A stretch of 64,000 nt of DNA, from positions 1,798,001 to 1,862,000 of the forward strand of contig NW_027117341.1 in assembly GCF_038025025.1 (NCBI RefSeq), written 5' to 3'. How positions within the stretch are numbered: position 1 is the stretch's first letter; each line of letters starts with the position of its first letter. Shown piece after piece: positions 35,756 to 46,700 of this stretch. The DNA is from Phyllosticta citribraziliensis (lineage: Eukaryota). The notes under the pieces are model-generated. The model worked only from the letters and a program-made list of their open reading frames with translations. It did not search any database and was not told the origin of the DNA. Both the position numbers and the translations under genes were made by a program.

Positions 35756-37711
35756 ATGATGGATACTGACCACAAGATTGTCCTCGGTCTCGATTTTGGG
35801 ACCACCTACACTGGTGAGTTGCCTCGGCTCTTGCTATGTTCGGCCCCCTGAAAAGTCTCCAGGCGTCGCGTACGGCAGCACTGCTGGCGACGTCCAAGAC
35901 CTCGAGATCATCACCAGCTGGCCGGATTCGTCGGGCGCCTCATACAAAACACCCACCAGGATTGCGTATCACGACGAGAATATCGACGAAGACGATGGAG
36001 AGGATAAGTGGGGGTTCCAAGTCAACTCACGACTGAACTCGTACACATGGTTCAAGCTCCTTTTGAACACCGAACTCGACCCAAACAAATACGACGACAA
36101 GCCGCACGAGTCCAAGTCGCAAGGCATTCTGCGGCTTCCGGAGGACCACTCTGCGCAAGACGTCTGCAGGGACTACTTGAAGCTCGTCTGGGAGTTCATC
36201 AAAGACGTGCTCGAGCAACGGTTCACGGACGACTCGCTGAACCTGCCGATTGAGGTGTGGATGACCGTTCCGGCGATATGGAACGACGCGGCCAAGGATC
36301 AGACGAGAGCTGCAGCGAAGGCGGCGGGATTTGCGTCGGGGCCAAAAGACTGCATCAAATTGATCACCGAGCCAGAAGCGGCTGCGGTGGCCATTCTGCA
36401 CCCTACGCTGCGTGGAGCCGCAGTTGATCCCATCCGCAAAGGAGAGGCCTTCGTCGTCTGTGACTGTGGCGGTGGCACTGTGGACCTTACCACGTACAGA
36501 GTCGAGTCGTGCAGCCCAAATTTCAAGTTCAAGGAGATTTGCGGGGGGGAAGGAGCGAGGTGCGTGTCCACGTTTGTGGACCGCAACTTTGATGCCTGGA
36601 TGGCGAAAAGGTTCAAGGGAAACTACACCAAATTGGGCGCAAAGAGTAGGGGACCTGGCTCCAAGATGATGGAGTCGTTCGAGAAGGCGAAATTGAAGTT
36701 TGGGCCCAAGTTGATGGACCAGGAGACGGAAAGAGTGAAGGTTGAAAATGTGGACATGAACGTTCAGGGGTCGGAATTTTACGACCGCGAGGACCACACC
36801 GTGCTCTTTCCGTGGTGAGTATCCATCCCCCTGACATTTCCCACAGCGCGCGGTTCCAGACTAAGTTCGTCGTCCATCCAGGGCGGTTATGAAAACATTC
36901 TTCGACCCCGTCATCGACCGCGTTCTAGAGCTTTTGGAAAGCCAAGTCCGAAAGTCGAAGAGACGCGGGTGTGATGTGGAACGAGTCATGCTGGCCGGTG
37001 GATTTGGCGACAGTCCTTACCTCAAGCACCGTCTCAAGATATGGTGTCGGTCCCAAAAGCGTGAAATCAAGCTTCTTTGTCCGCCCAAATGCCAGGCCGC
37101 CATCATGGCAGGGGCCGTCATTCGTGGCCTCATCGGATTAAAGCCAATCATCAGAATTGCACGCTGCCACTATGGGTTTTCCTGGAGTGAACCGTTCAGA
37201 GAAGGAATCGACCTTGATAAAGACGCGTGGTATGATCAAGAGACGGGGGCGAAGATGGCATACCATAGGATGAAGTGGATCGTGAAAAAGGTACGTCGTC
37301 TTGCGCGACTGTAGGGCGAGAGTGCTGCAGACCATGAGAGCTGACTCTTCCTGCCAGGGTCAGCAATTGAAAAACAACTTCTCCATGAAGCAAGAGATCG
37401 AACGGCAGATCCTGCCAGGGGAAGTGCGCAGCAAAGATCGCCTCCAATTTTTCTCGTGCAGCGCCGAGGCCCGTCCAGATTTCGAATATTCGGAGAACGT
37501 CAAGCTGGTGGGACAGGTCAAGATTTCCTTCACTGAAGAGGACTGGGAAAATGCTCGTCCCGTCATCAGCGAGAAGAAGGAGAGGATCTGGTACCTCGGA
37601 TATGATGTCTTGATCAACGTAAACGCTGACGAAGGCATTCTCGTCGTCAACGTTTGCAACGAAAAGCGACAAATGGGTAACGCTGAGATAGAGTTCATCC
37701 AAGAAGAGTAG
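35756..37711 (+). CDS. Atypical Hsp70 (HSPA12-like actin-fold ATPase) 1, ~590 aa; introns 35814-35862, 36815-36881, 37291-37357
   Basis: GLDFGTTYTG, TVPAIW, ITEPEAAA, VCDCGGGTVD, LAGGFGDSPYL. No canonical DnaK substrate-binding domain or EEVD seen. Confidence 0.92.
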
Positions 37712-39034
37712 GGCCGTGGCTGCGGGCTGTCTGGCAATGGTACCAGACTGGGGGAAAATGTTGTGCGGCTGGGGTTTGCGGAAGTAATGGTTTGGAGCTG
37801 CAGTATTCCTCTTATCTGGGCCAGTCAGTTCCTTACAGAACACTCACACTATTTTGCGTATGGCACTGTACCTGATGATGACGTGTGAAAACAGCTTGGT
37901 TGAGTCCATCACGCAAGCTGCACAAGACTGCGACAAAAAGCTCTAACTGACAAAGGACACCAGAGAACTGTCAGAATTGTCTGGAAGTCAGGATTGTCTC
38001 AGACCTCAAAGTGAGCAAACAAGCAAGCATGCAAGCAAGCAAGCCACCTGCAGGTCCTGCAGGACTGGAGTCGAAGGTGCGCGCGCAGGCGACGTTTGTC
38101 AGTACTTTTGCCCGCGATAAACCGAGCAGTAAACGGCGACGAACTCAGAGGCGAAGGCCTAGGATTAGGTTCGCGGGGACGGCACATACCGGTGCCTTCA
38201 GCTTGCTCGCGGAGTGGCCAAACATGACATCCAGACTTCAACGAAGCCAGTGCTGTTGACAGGGTAGTCCTCGGGCGATGAGCGGGCCGCTGCGTCCCCC
38301 TCGCTTATAGTTCCTTAGACACTTTCCCTGTTATGGTCGCCGGCGCCAACAACATGTTCAGTCGGAAGGTCTCTCCTCTCTTCCGCAAGCCTCCGCAACC
38401 AAGCCACTGCTTTTCAATCCCCACGCCCGTACATGTCCTGGTGCTGCTCAATTCAGTAGCTGACCCTAGTCGTGATGGTGGGACCCCCGAAGTCCGGCAA
38501 CAGTCAAGGGGTAGCGACTCGCGAATCAAGGTATTTTTAGTCCTCAAACGAACAGGTAGTCAAAGGCAGCATCGTTGCCGGCCCGATTGGCCTGCGAGAG
38601 TGTGATTGCTTCTCCGCACCTCAATGTCTCTGCAATAATTGCATCGTCGTATTGCGTTGCATTGCCTCATGCTTTACATGCTTGCGACTTGGCCTATTCT
38701 CCCCACGCATCCGCGCCAAAGCTGTTTTGCAGTAAAGGGGTGGGTGGATTTTTTGCCAGGCGGTATGTACTTTACCGCAATCAACAAAGGCTATGTGATC
38801 TAATTTGGACTGTCCATTGCGCAACGCAGTTAACTACTCCACATCGCACTTGGCAATCATTGCGATGGGCGTCTCACATATGTCACCCTAAGATCATCAT
38901 CCATTGCTCTTGGAGTACAACAATAATGTTGAGCCCGTGGTTCCACGCCAGTCAACACCAGAACGCTCAGTGATACAATTTGAACCCATCAAACTCCATG
39001 GAGGGATACCGGGTGCTCTCCTCGATTGAACAAA

Positions 39035-40963
39035 TCAGTCTTCCGCCTGAAACTGGAGTGTAGCGGTGCCCATCTGCCGCCCGGTAGTTTCGTGTTTCAC
39101 AACGACCGTCAAAACCCCCAAGTCCGAGCTCATGTTGATTTCGATGTTGTAAAACACGAGCGTCACATACGCTTCCAATCTTTTGCTGTATTTGCTCCGA
39201 GCCGTGGCCAATTCATCCTTTGTGAAGTGGATTTCGATGCATGCGGCAAGCTTCGTGCTGGGTGCATACTCAAACTGGGGAGGTTTGTCGTCCGAGCACG
39301 TGAAAATTTCAACTTCGTCGTAATCAAGGACCTCTCCTTGCTTGATCTCTTTCTGGATCATTTGGGTTATAGTCTTTCCTGGTGGCACTGCTTCACCCTG
39401 TAAAATCATGTTAGTACTCACAACAAACTGATCAGTTCGTCAACGTTGAATCACCTTTGTGATCAACCATTCCATTCTGTCATACGCCATCTTTTTGGTA
39501 CCAAAAGCGCTCATCCAAGCAGAAGTCTGCTTGTCTATCCCCTCTCTGAAACGCTTACTGACACTGCAACCATAGTGACATCTGGCAACTCGCAGAGTTG
39601 GTTGTAGTTCCGGCGTCAGCCCACGTATGACTGCTCCCCTCATCACCGCAGATTGGCAATTTGGAGGACACGACAGCTTCAGGGGCGGTTCTTTTGCCTC
39701 ACAGAACTCTCTCATGCGAGCGTTCAAGAACTCATTTTCTCCGAAGCCGCCGACGAGAATAATATGACAAACCCGGTGCTTGTTCATTCTCGCGCGATCG
39801 ATCTGAGTCTGAACGAGCTTCAGGATCTTCTTGATGATGGGCCTGAAGAACTGTTCCATGACATCTCTACAGTCTTTCAGTGGATTGTATTTGGTAAGTA
39901 GCCAACTCATGACTCACTTGGGAATCTTTACAGTGCGGTCCTCGTGGTCGTAGAACTGAGTGCTGGGATGGTCCATGTCTACGTGGCAGACATCGTACAC
40001 CTCTTTGTCGTCGTCATATTGAGAGCCGAAATCATGTTTCGCCTTCTCAAAGGATTCCATCATCCTCGTGTGAGAGGCTTGTCGGTTTGTGAGAATCTGC
40101 GTGTATTTTCTCCCAAATTCCCGTGTCATCCATTGGTCAAAGTTCCGGTCGATGAATGAAGCACCGAACTGACCACCGTCTCCCTGGCAAGCTTCGTCAA
40201 ACTCTGGCGGATTGAAAGACTTGATGATGTACGTGACCACATCAACCGTGCCCCCGCCACAGTCACAGACCATGAATGTTTCGCCAACCTCGACCGGGTC
40301 AACAGTCGTTTGGTTTGCTGAAGGATGAATAACGGTCAAGGCAGCGGCCTCGGGCTCGGTAATGAGTCTGAGAGTGTCGCCCGGTCGCGCACCGAATCCT
40401 GACGCCAAAGCAGCCTCTCTTGTCTCGTATTTGGCTGCGTCGCTCCACACAGCGGGTACGGTCATTACAACGTCGATGGGAACAGATCGAACCTTTTGTG
40501 CGCCAAACTTCCTGGATAGATAGTCCTCGACGAACACCCAGACGTTTGTCAAGAAATCCTGGCATGTTTGCTTGGCGGACCGACCTTCGGGGAGCTGCAG
40601 TATCCCGCTGAACTCAGTGAACAGTGATACATCACAGCCACGAGTGACCTCTTTATCCCCATCGAGCCGAAGTTTGAACCATGTGTATGACACGTGTTGA
40701 TGGTCGACTCTGAAGCCCCATCTCGTGACACTTAGTTCCGGATTTTCGTCTCTGTATGCGATCCTCGAAGGAACTTTACACGTTCCGGAGCCTTTGGGCC
40801 AGCTGGAGATGATCTCAATGTCTTGGACAGTTCCGACAGTGGAGCCGTACGCAACGCCTGTTATCACCGCAATCATTACTTGATCTGAGAGTCCATCATC
40901 AAGCCTACCAGTGCATGTTGTTCCAAAATCCAGGCCGAGAATAATGCGGGGCTGGTTGGCCAT
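39035..40963 (-). CDS. Atypical Hsp70 (HSPA12-like) 2, ~589 aa; introns 40858-40908, 39867-39917, 39398-39454
   Basis: GLDFGTTCTG, TVPAVW, ITEPEAAA, VCDCGGGTVD, LVGGFGENEFL. Same three intron positions as copy 1. Confidence 0.92.
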
Positions 40964-41372
40964 TGTTCATGGCTTTATCGAGCGCAGAATTTCCAGATTC
41001 TTCCGTTCTATATCTACTGCAGACTCCCGACGAAACCGGAAAGGGCCGCAGTGGAGCGTGACTCAAGTTCCCGTTGTAGGAGCTTTGGGTTTTGCGCTTT
41101 CCTCGCCGCTGTTGAAAGGTTCCTTTGGATTGGGAACGGTGTGTCGGGTCGACGACAGGGTTCCGTGGCTACATCGAGAGCCCTGCAAGATGCCGCCCTT
41201 TTTGACAGGTCTCCCCTGCCTCTGTACCTGACAGTCCTAACATTCCTGAAAGTTGTTACAGTTTGCCAACCATCTCTCCTCGACTTTCATTCCGCAAATA
41301 CCGGTCGCCAAATCGCTGTTTAAAACGAACACTTCCTCGATTGGGAATAAGCCCCTTGGAAGTCTTTCAAAC

Positions 41373-43574
41373 ATGGCGCGACGAGGTCGACCATCAAAAG
41401 GATCATCTGCGCAGAAGTCGGAGCCACAGCCTACGCCTGCCTTTGAAAGCAACCAATCAAGGAGAAGGGCTCGATCGTTGACGCAAAATCCACTGTCTCC
41501 AACTGCGACTAGATTGGAACCGGCCGGTGGATTCTTTCGACCGAATCGCCCTATAACCAAGCCCTCCACAGCCAATGGCTCGCACCAGAAGTTAGGAAAG
41601 AGGAAATTTGAAGCCGAAGAGGATGAACAGGCCAAGATGCTTCAAATTTTCCAAAGTATCAAAGAAAGACGAGCCGAGGAATCAAAGGACCTGCGCAGAC
41701 TTTTCCAATGCGGGGTTCAATCAATGAAGAGCTCCCAACGAGAAGTCGAAAAGCTGGAGTCTTCTCTCCAAACGCTAGAACACTCTTTCCAAACTCTGGA
41801 ACATTCTCTACAAAAGAAGGACAGAGTCATCAAAGAACAAGAGCAGCTCCACCAAGAGATTAGTGCAAACGCTCTCAAATGCGAAAACTCAAGATGGAAC
41901 CCGGAGCAAGAGAAGGATATCAAGTTCGCCGTGGAGGGCCTGCAAAAGTCAATCAGAGACTGGGCCAAACAATACGCCGTCCAATCTTTAATTCCGGTAT
42001 TTTATCATGGAGGAACGACCTTGGAACTCCTTGTTCAGCAGATAAGACAGATCGCTACTTTTGAATGCGCGGAATCTGCGCACGACCTGGACAGACCATT
42101 CCTCTTCCTGGCTGCCGTGCTTTCTGAGTACATTCGCCGTACCATTCTAGACAATCACTACTTCCATTTCGAAGCCCCCAATTCTTATGGGATGTACAAC
42201 ATGTTCTCCTTTGCAAGCAAATCGAACCAGATCTACAAAGATCTGGTGAAAGGTAAGTGATCTGACTAGGTCAAAGCGCACCGTTTGCTCACTTATGTAG
42301 TGGACCATCAAAAGGCAAACTGGATGAAGAAAACAATTTTCCGCCACGAGTTCCCCGCGACCCGTAGTACAAGCACCAAACGAGCCTCACTAGACGAACC
42401 GCTATGCCCCGAGTCCATCGATCAAGATGTCTTGATCTACAAGTACAAATCGATTCAGGACAACTTCCTCAATGGGCCTGCTGGGTTACTCGTTGACGAG
42501 CTTGGGCAGTCCAAAACCGCGGAGATGAACGAAGAGTTGAAGAAGATCTTGTGGAGGGCTGGCAACATCCACTTTTGCCTCCAAACGCAACAGGCGGCGT
42601 TCACGTGGATTGCTCCGCGACTGCTACTCGGCAAGACTTATCTGGAGCGAAACAGACAAATGGTGCCGGACACATCCCAGGGAGGCGACTCCTCAGAAGG
42701 CAACGAAGTCCGGATCGTTATCGGTACTGGCCTCCTCGCTTGGGGTGATGCTGCTGGAGATACGTATAGTAAGTGGCGTGTGGTAGCTCCGTCGCCAGTC
42801 CTCCTCAGAGTCGAGGGTGGAAGCAACGAAAGCCTTTCCCTGGCTGACGAAGAAACCCTTCAGGGAGATGAAGAGATCGAGGATTCTCTTCAGGGGGGTG
42901 AAAAGCTCGAGGATTCCCTTCAGGAGGATGAAGAAGTCGGGGACTCCCTCCATGGGGACGAAAAGGTCGACGAAACCCTTCAGGAAGATGAAGAAATCAA
43001 AAGTTCTCTTCAGGAGGGTGAAAAGGTTGACGATTCCCTTCAGGAGGATGGAGAGGTCGATAATCGCTGCAGGGGGATGAAGAGATCGGAGAATTCCTTC
43101 GGGAGGATGAAGAGGTCGAGGATTCACTTCAGGGGGGCGAAGAGATCGATGATTCCCCTCAGGAAGATGGAGAGATTGAGGATTGCATTCAGGAGGGTGA
43201 AAAGGTCAAGGATTTCCTTCAGGGGGATGAAGAGATCGGGGACTCCCTTCAGGAGGATGAAGAGGTTGAGGATTCACTTCAGGGGGATGAAGAGATTGAT
43301 GATCTACTTCAAGGGGGTGAAGAAATTGATAATTCCCCTCAGGAAGAAGGAAAGATTGAGGTTTGCATTCAGGGGGATGAGGAGGTTAAGGATTTACTTC
43401 AAGTGGTTGAAGAGATCGATGATTCCCCTCAGGAAGATGGAGAGATTGAGGATTTGGACACAAAATATGAACAAGAGCGGTGCACCTGCTGCTGACGGCA
43501 TTCAATACGACCACTCATTTTGTTTACGAGGGCTCATCTGCTGCGCAGTAGCCATGAGCAAGCAGTTCTCATAG
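41373..43574 (+). CDS. Hsp70-partner 2: basic N-terminus, coiled coil, conserved domain and repeat tail; intron 42253-42300; apparent frameshift at ~43064
   Basis: aacATGg start MARRGRP; paralog of partner 1 with an intron in the same codon and phase. Ends at 43574 as assembled, or at 43495 if the repeat frame is restored. Confidence 0.8.
42858..43456 (+). repeat. Coding 30-bp minisatellite, ~20 imperfect copies (consensus CTTCAGGRGGATGAAGAGRTYGAGGATTCC = LQ[GE]DEE[IV]EDS)
   Basis: 10-codon period seen directly; one unit at ~43064 is 1 nt short. Confidence 0.95.
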
Positions 43575-43738
43575 GCACATTGTTGAAAGGTGGTCTCGGT
43601 CGCGGCCGAGCCACGCAGTCCCAAGAGTAGCTTTCCCAACACTCCTAGTTCTATAATGGTCCTACTGCACCTACCGCTGCTACGCTACTACAAGTACATC
43701 ACCACCAACACATGCATATAACGATGCGCCAAAGATGC

Positions 43739-46700
43739 TCACGCCTCCTCGTCCACCTCCTCTTCCGCCTCCTCTTGCTCCTGTTCTTGCTCTTCCTCAC
43801 CCGCGTCGCCCATGGGCTCGGTGACTTCGACTTCGACGTGGCTTTCTGCTTCTGGTGCCTCGCTCTCCGCCGGCCCAGGGCCCGCAGCGAGATCGGCATC
43901 GGCGTCGGCGCCGTCTAAAGCCTGCACTGACACCTGTCCCGCCTCCGCTTCTACTTCCTTCTGCGCTGCCTTTGCTTCTTCCTGCTCTTGCACTTGCTCT
44001 TGCGCTGCGTCCCGTTTCTCGCCACCAACAGCGGCGCTTGCAACAGCGCCGGGCAAAAGACTGGGACTGGCACTTCCGCTCCCCACACTCCCAACGCCGA
44101 CGCCACCGCCACGAAACTCGACCGTCCAGCCCGCTCTCTTCTTCCCTCCTGCTGCTGCGGCTGCTGCGCCACCGCTGCTGCCGCTGCCGCTCCCAGCGCC
44201 CGTGTCCCGTCTGGGCACCGCGTCTAGGAGAATTGTCTCTCTGCGCTGCGGCTGCGGCGGCGGTGGCGGTGGCAGCATCGGCGCCTGCTGTTGTTCCCCT
44301 GAAAGCATCATCGCAGACGAGAGGCTCGTGTTGGCGCGCGTGTGGCCGCCCGCTGCTCCGCCAGCCGTGCCAGGCCGAGTGGTAGCAGTGCCAGGACGCT
44401 GTATCGCGGCGGCGGCCCCGGCGGCCGTCGAAGTAGTAGGCGTGCCCGTGCTGCCGGGGTTGTTGTTGGTCGCGGTGCCCGGCCGGATAGCCGCGGTGCT
44501 GGACCCGCTGTCGCGATCGCCGCCACCGCACACGACGCCCACCGTGACGCTGCCGTAGTCGGGCACGACGCGGACGGCCGCGGCGGCGCTGAGGGCGTCG
44601 ACTTCGTGCGTCAGCTCCACGTCCGGCGGCGGCGGCGGAGCGGCAGAGCCGGCGGGTTTGCCGCCCTTTTGCGCCGGCGAGGGAGGAGGCGCAGGACGCA
44701 CGCCGACGCTGGGACACCACACGGTGGCGCCGGTGCGCAGCGGGACGAGCGTGACGTCCCACTCGCGCACCTCGCCCTCGCGGGCCTCGAAGAAGGCGCG
44801 CTTGGGCCCCGCGACCAGCCACGTGTTGGGGTCGGCGTCGACGTCGAGGATGAAGGACAGCGGCGCCGCGGCCTGCGGGATGTTGGCTGCGGCGACGAGA
44901 GATGACGGCGCCGCCCATTTGCGCGTGTGCTTGACGCGGATGGTGGCGGGGATGGGCACGCCCAGGGCCAGTATGGGCGGCGTGAGCGCTGGCGTAGGCG
45001 TTGCGAGAAAGGCCTGTGTCAGGTCTGTTGTTTTGGTCGTCGTGTTTGTTTTGGAGCGGTGGTGCGAGGGTGGCTTTGCTGCCGCCGAGGGAGACGAAGA
45101 AGGCCGCGGAGGTGGATGCAGCACCAGCTGGGTCGTGGTGAGAATGTGCAAGTGAGGCACGGCGACGGTGATGGTGATTCGGCGAGTGAGAGGCGACGCG
45201 AGCGAGAGAGCCCGTGATGGTGGCGGCGTCACGTCAATGGTTGGATTGGACTCGTGCCAGTTCGAGAGGTAAGTTGAGAGCTCTGGGCGCATGGCCGGGG
45301 GGAGCAGCTCCAAAGTCTGCGGCCAGACGAGGTGAGAGGCAAACTCGCCGCAACGCAGCTGATTGCGGAAGCTTGCGTGGTACCAGTCGTCGGCCGTCAA
45401 AGTGGCCTTGATATGCTCCCAGAAGCGCGGGAGGAGCAGACGTCGCAGCGTGGAAAAGGGGCTATCAGCCAGCGCGGTACAAAAATTTGCCTCCAACTTG
45501 TCGTATATGTGGTCGTCGAGACAGCGGTAGTCGATTGTGAGGGAGAGATTCGAGTCCTCAGGGTTGGTGAGGTTGGCGCCCTCTTTTCTGAAAATGCGAT
45601 AAACAAAGGCAGGCGGCTGGCCTGGGCGTACTGGATTACGGTCTCCATAGAGACGCGCAGGGTCGACATCAAAGGTGGCCGTGCCTTGAAGCTGAATGTC
45701 GAGGACATCCAGAGGTACGTGACTTGACGTAGTGACTTTGAAGGTGGACAGGAGCATCTGCTCCATAAACTGATCGTGAACATTAACATCCAGAGGAAGT
45801 TCAATGTTGATGGTGCAGTTAGACCGGAACTCGTGCGTTCCGTGCTCTGTGGAGTACAAAATGTCCAGCTTGATGTGCAACTCGGACAGCGTCACTTCCA
45901 ACTCGTAGGGAATGCGTATCTTGACGGTGCACTGGGCCTCCATCTCTGAAAGAACGAGCACGCCAGGACTCGGACGGTCTGCAATGGTGGCTTCTCCTTC
46001 AATCACCTGAGCATTTCCTGTCCGTAGTCTCAATCCCGCAGAAGCAGCCTTAAGATGCACCTCCAACCTTGTAGGTCTGTTTGCAAAGGGCCGTACTGTG
46101 AGCTCTATCGACTTCAACTTGTCGATATGGACAGAGCGAGATACTGATAGTTTTGCGTCCAATGCCTCGGAGCGCGGGTATGATAGCGTTCTAAACTTTC
46201 GCGGAATCTTTGAAATAGACGAAGAGGATCCGGGCATGGTGATTCCCAGCGGTTCCAGAGTATGTTCCTTTTTGATCGTCTCATGCGTAAAGTGGATTCT
46301 CTTGACCTCAAGAACTACCCTGTCTATTGCATAGAGACCAAGAGTATTGACCTGTTCCGGTCAGTTAAAAGTCCACAATCATGCCAAAACTCTTACATTC
46401 GTGTGGAGCCAGACGTTAGCGGTGCCTTGACCGATTTCGAGTTTCTCACTCGTCTCGAGCCAAACGTCGCGGCTTTCTCCCGGCTCCATGGGCGCAAGGC
46501 GTACTTTGGCCTTGTCGACCACCACGTCATCTTCCAAGAGATGGCGGAAAGTCAGTTTCAACTTGAAGCCGTCTCGGTCATCATAGTGATAGATGTACGG
46601 CTCGACCGCAATGTCTGCAAAGTACCGCTCCATTGGTGCCTGCACGTCGTAGGGCATGTCGGCCGAGAAGTCAGTCAGCTGCTTTAGAATCCCTGTTGTG

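Noticed and set aside
37712..39034. 1.3-kb spacer between the two convergent Hsp70 genes, checked for transposon ends or a third component
   Set aside because: Only short random-looking ORFs and a (GCAA)n run; no terminal repeats or transposase remnants seen.
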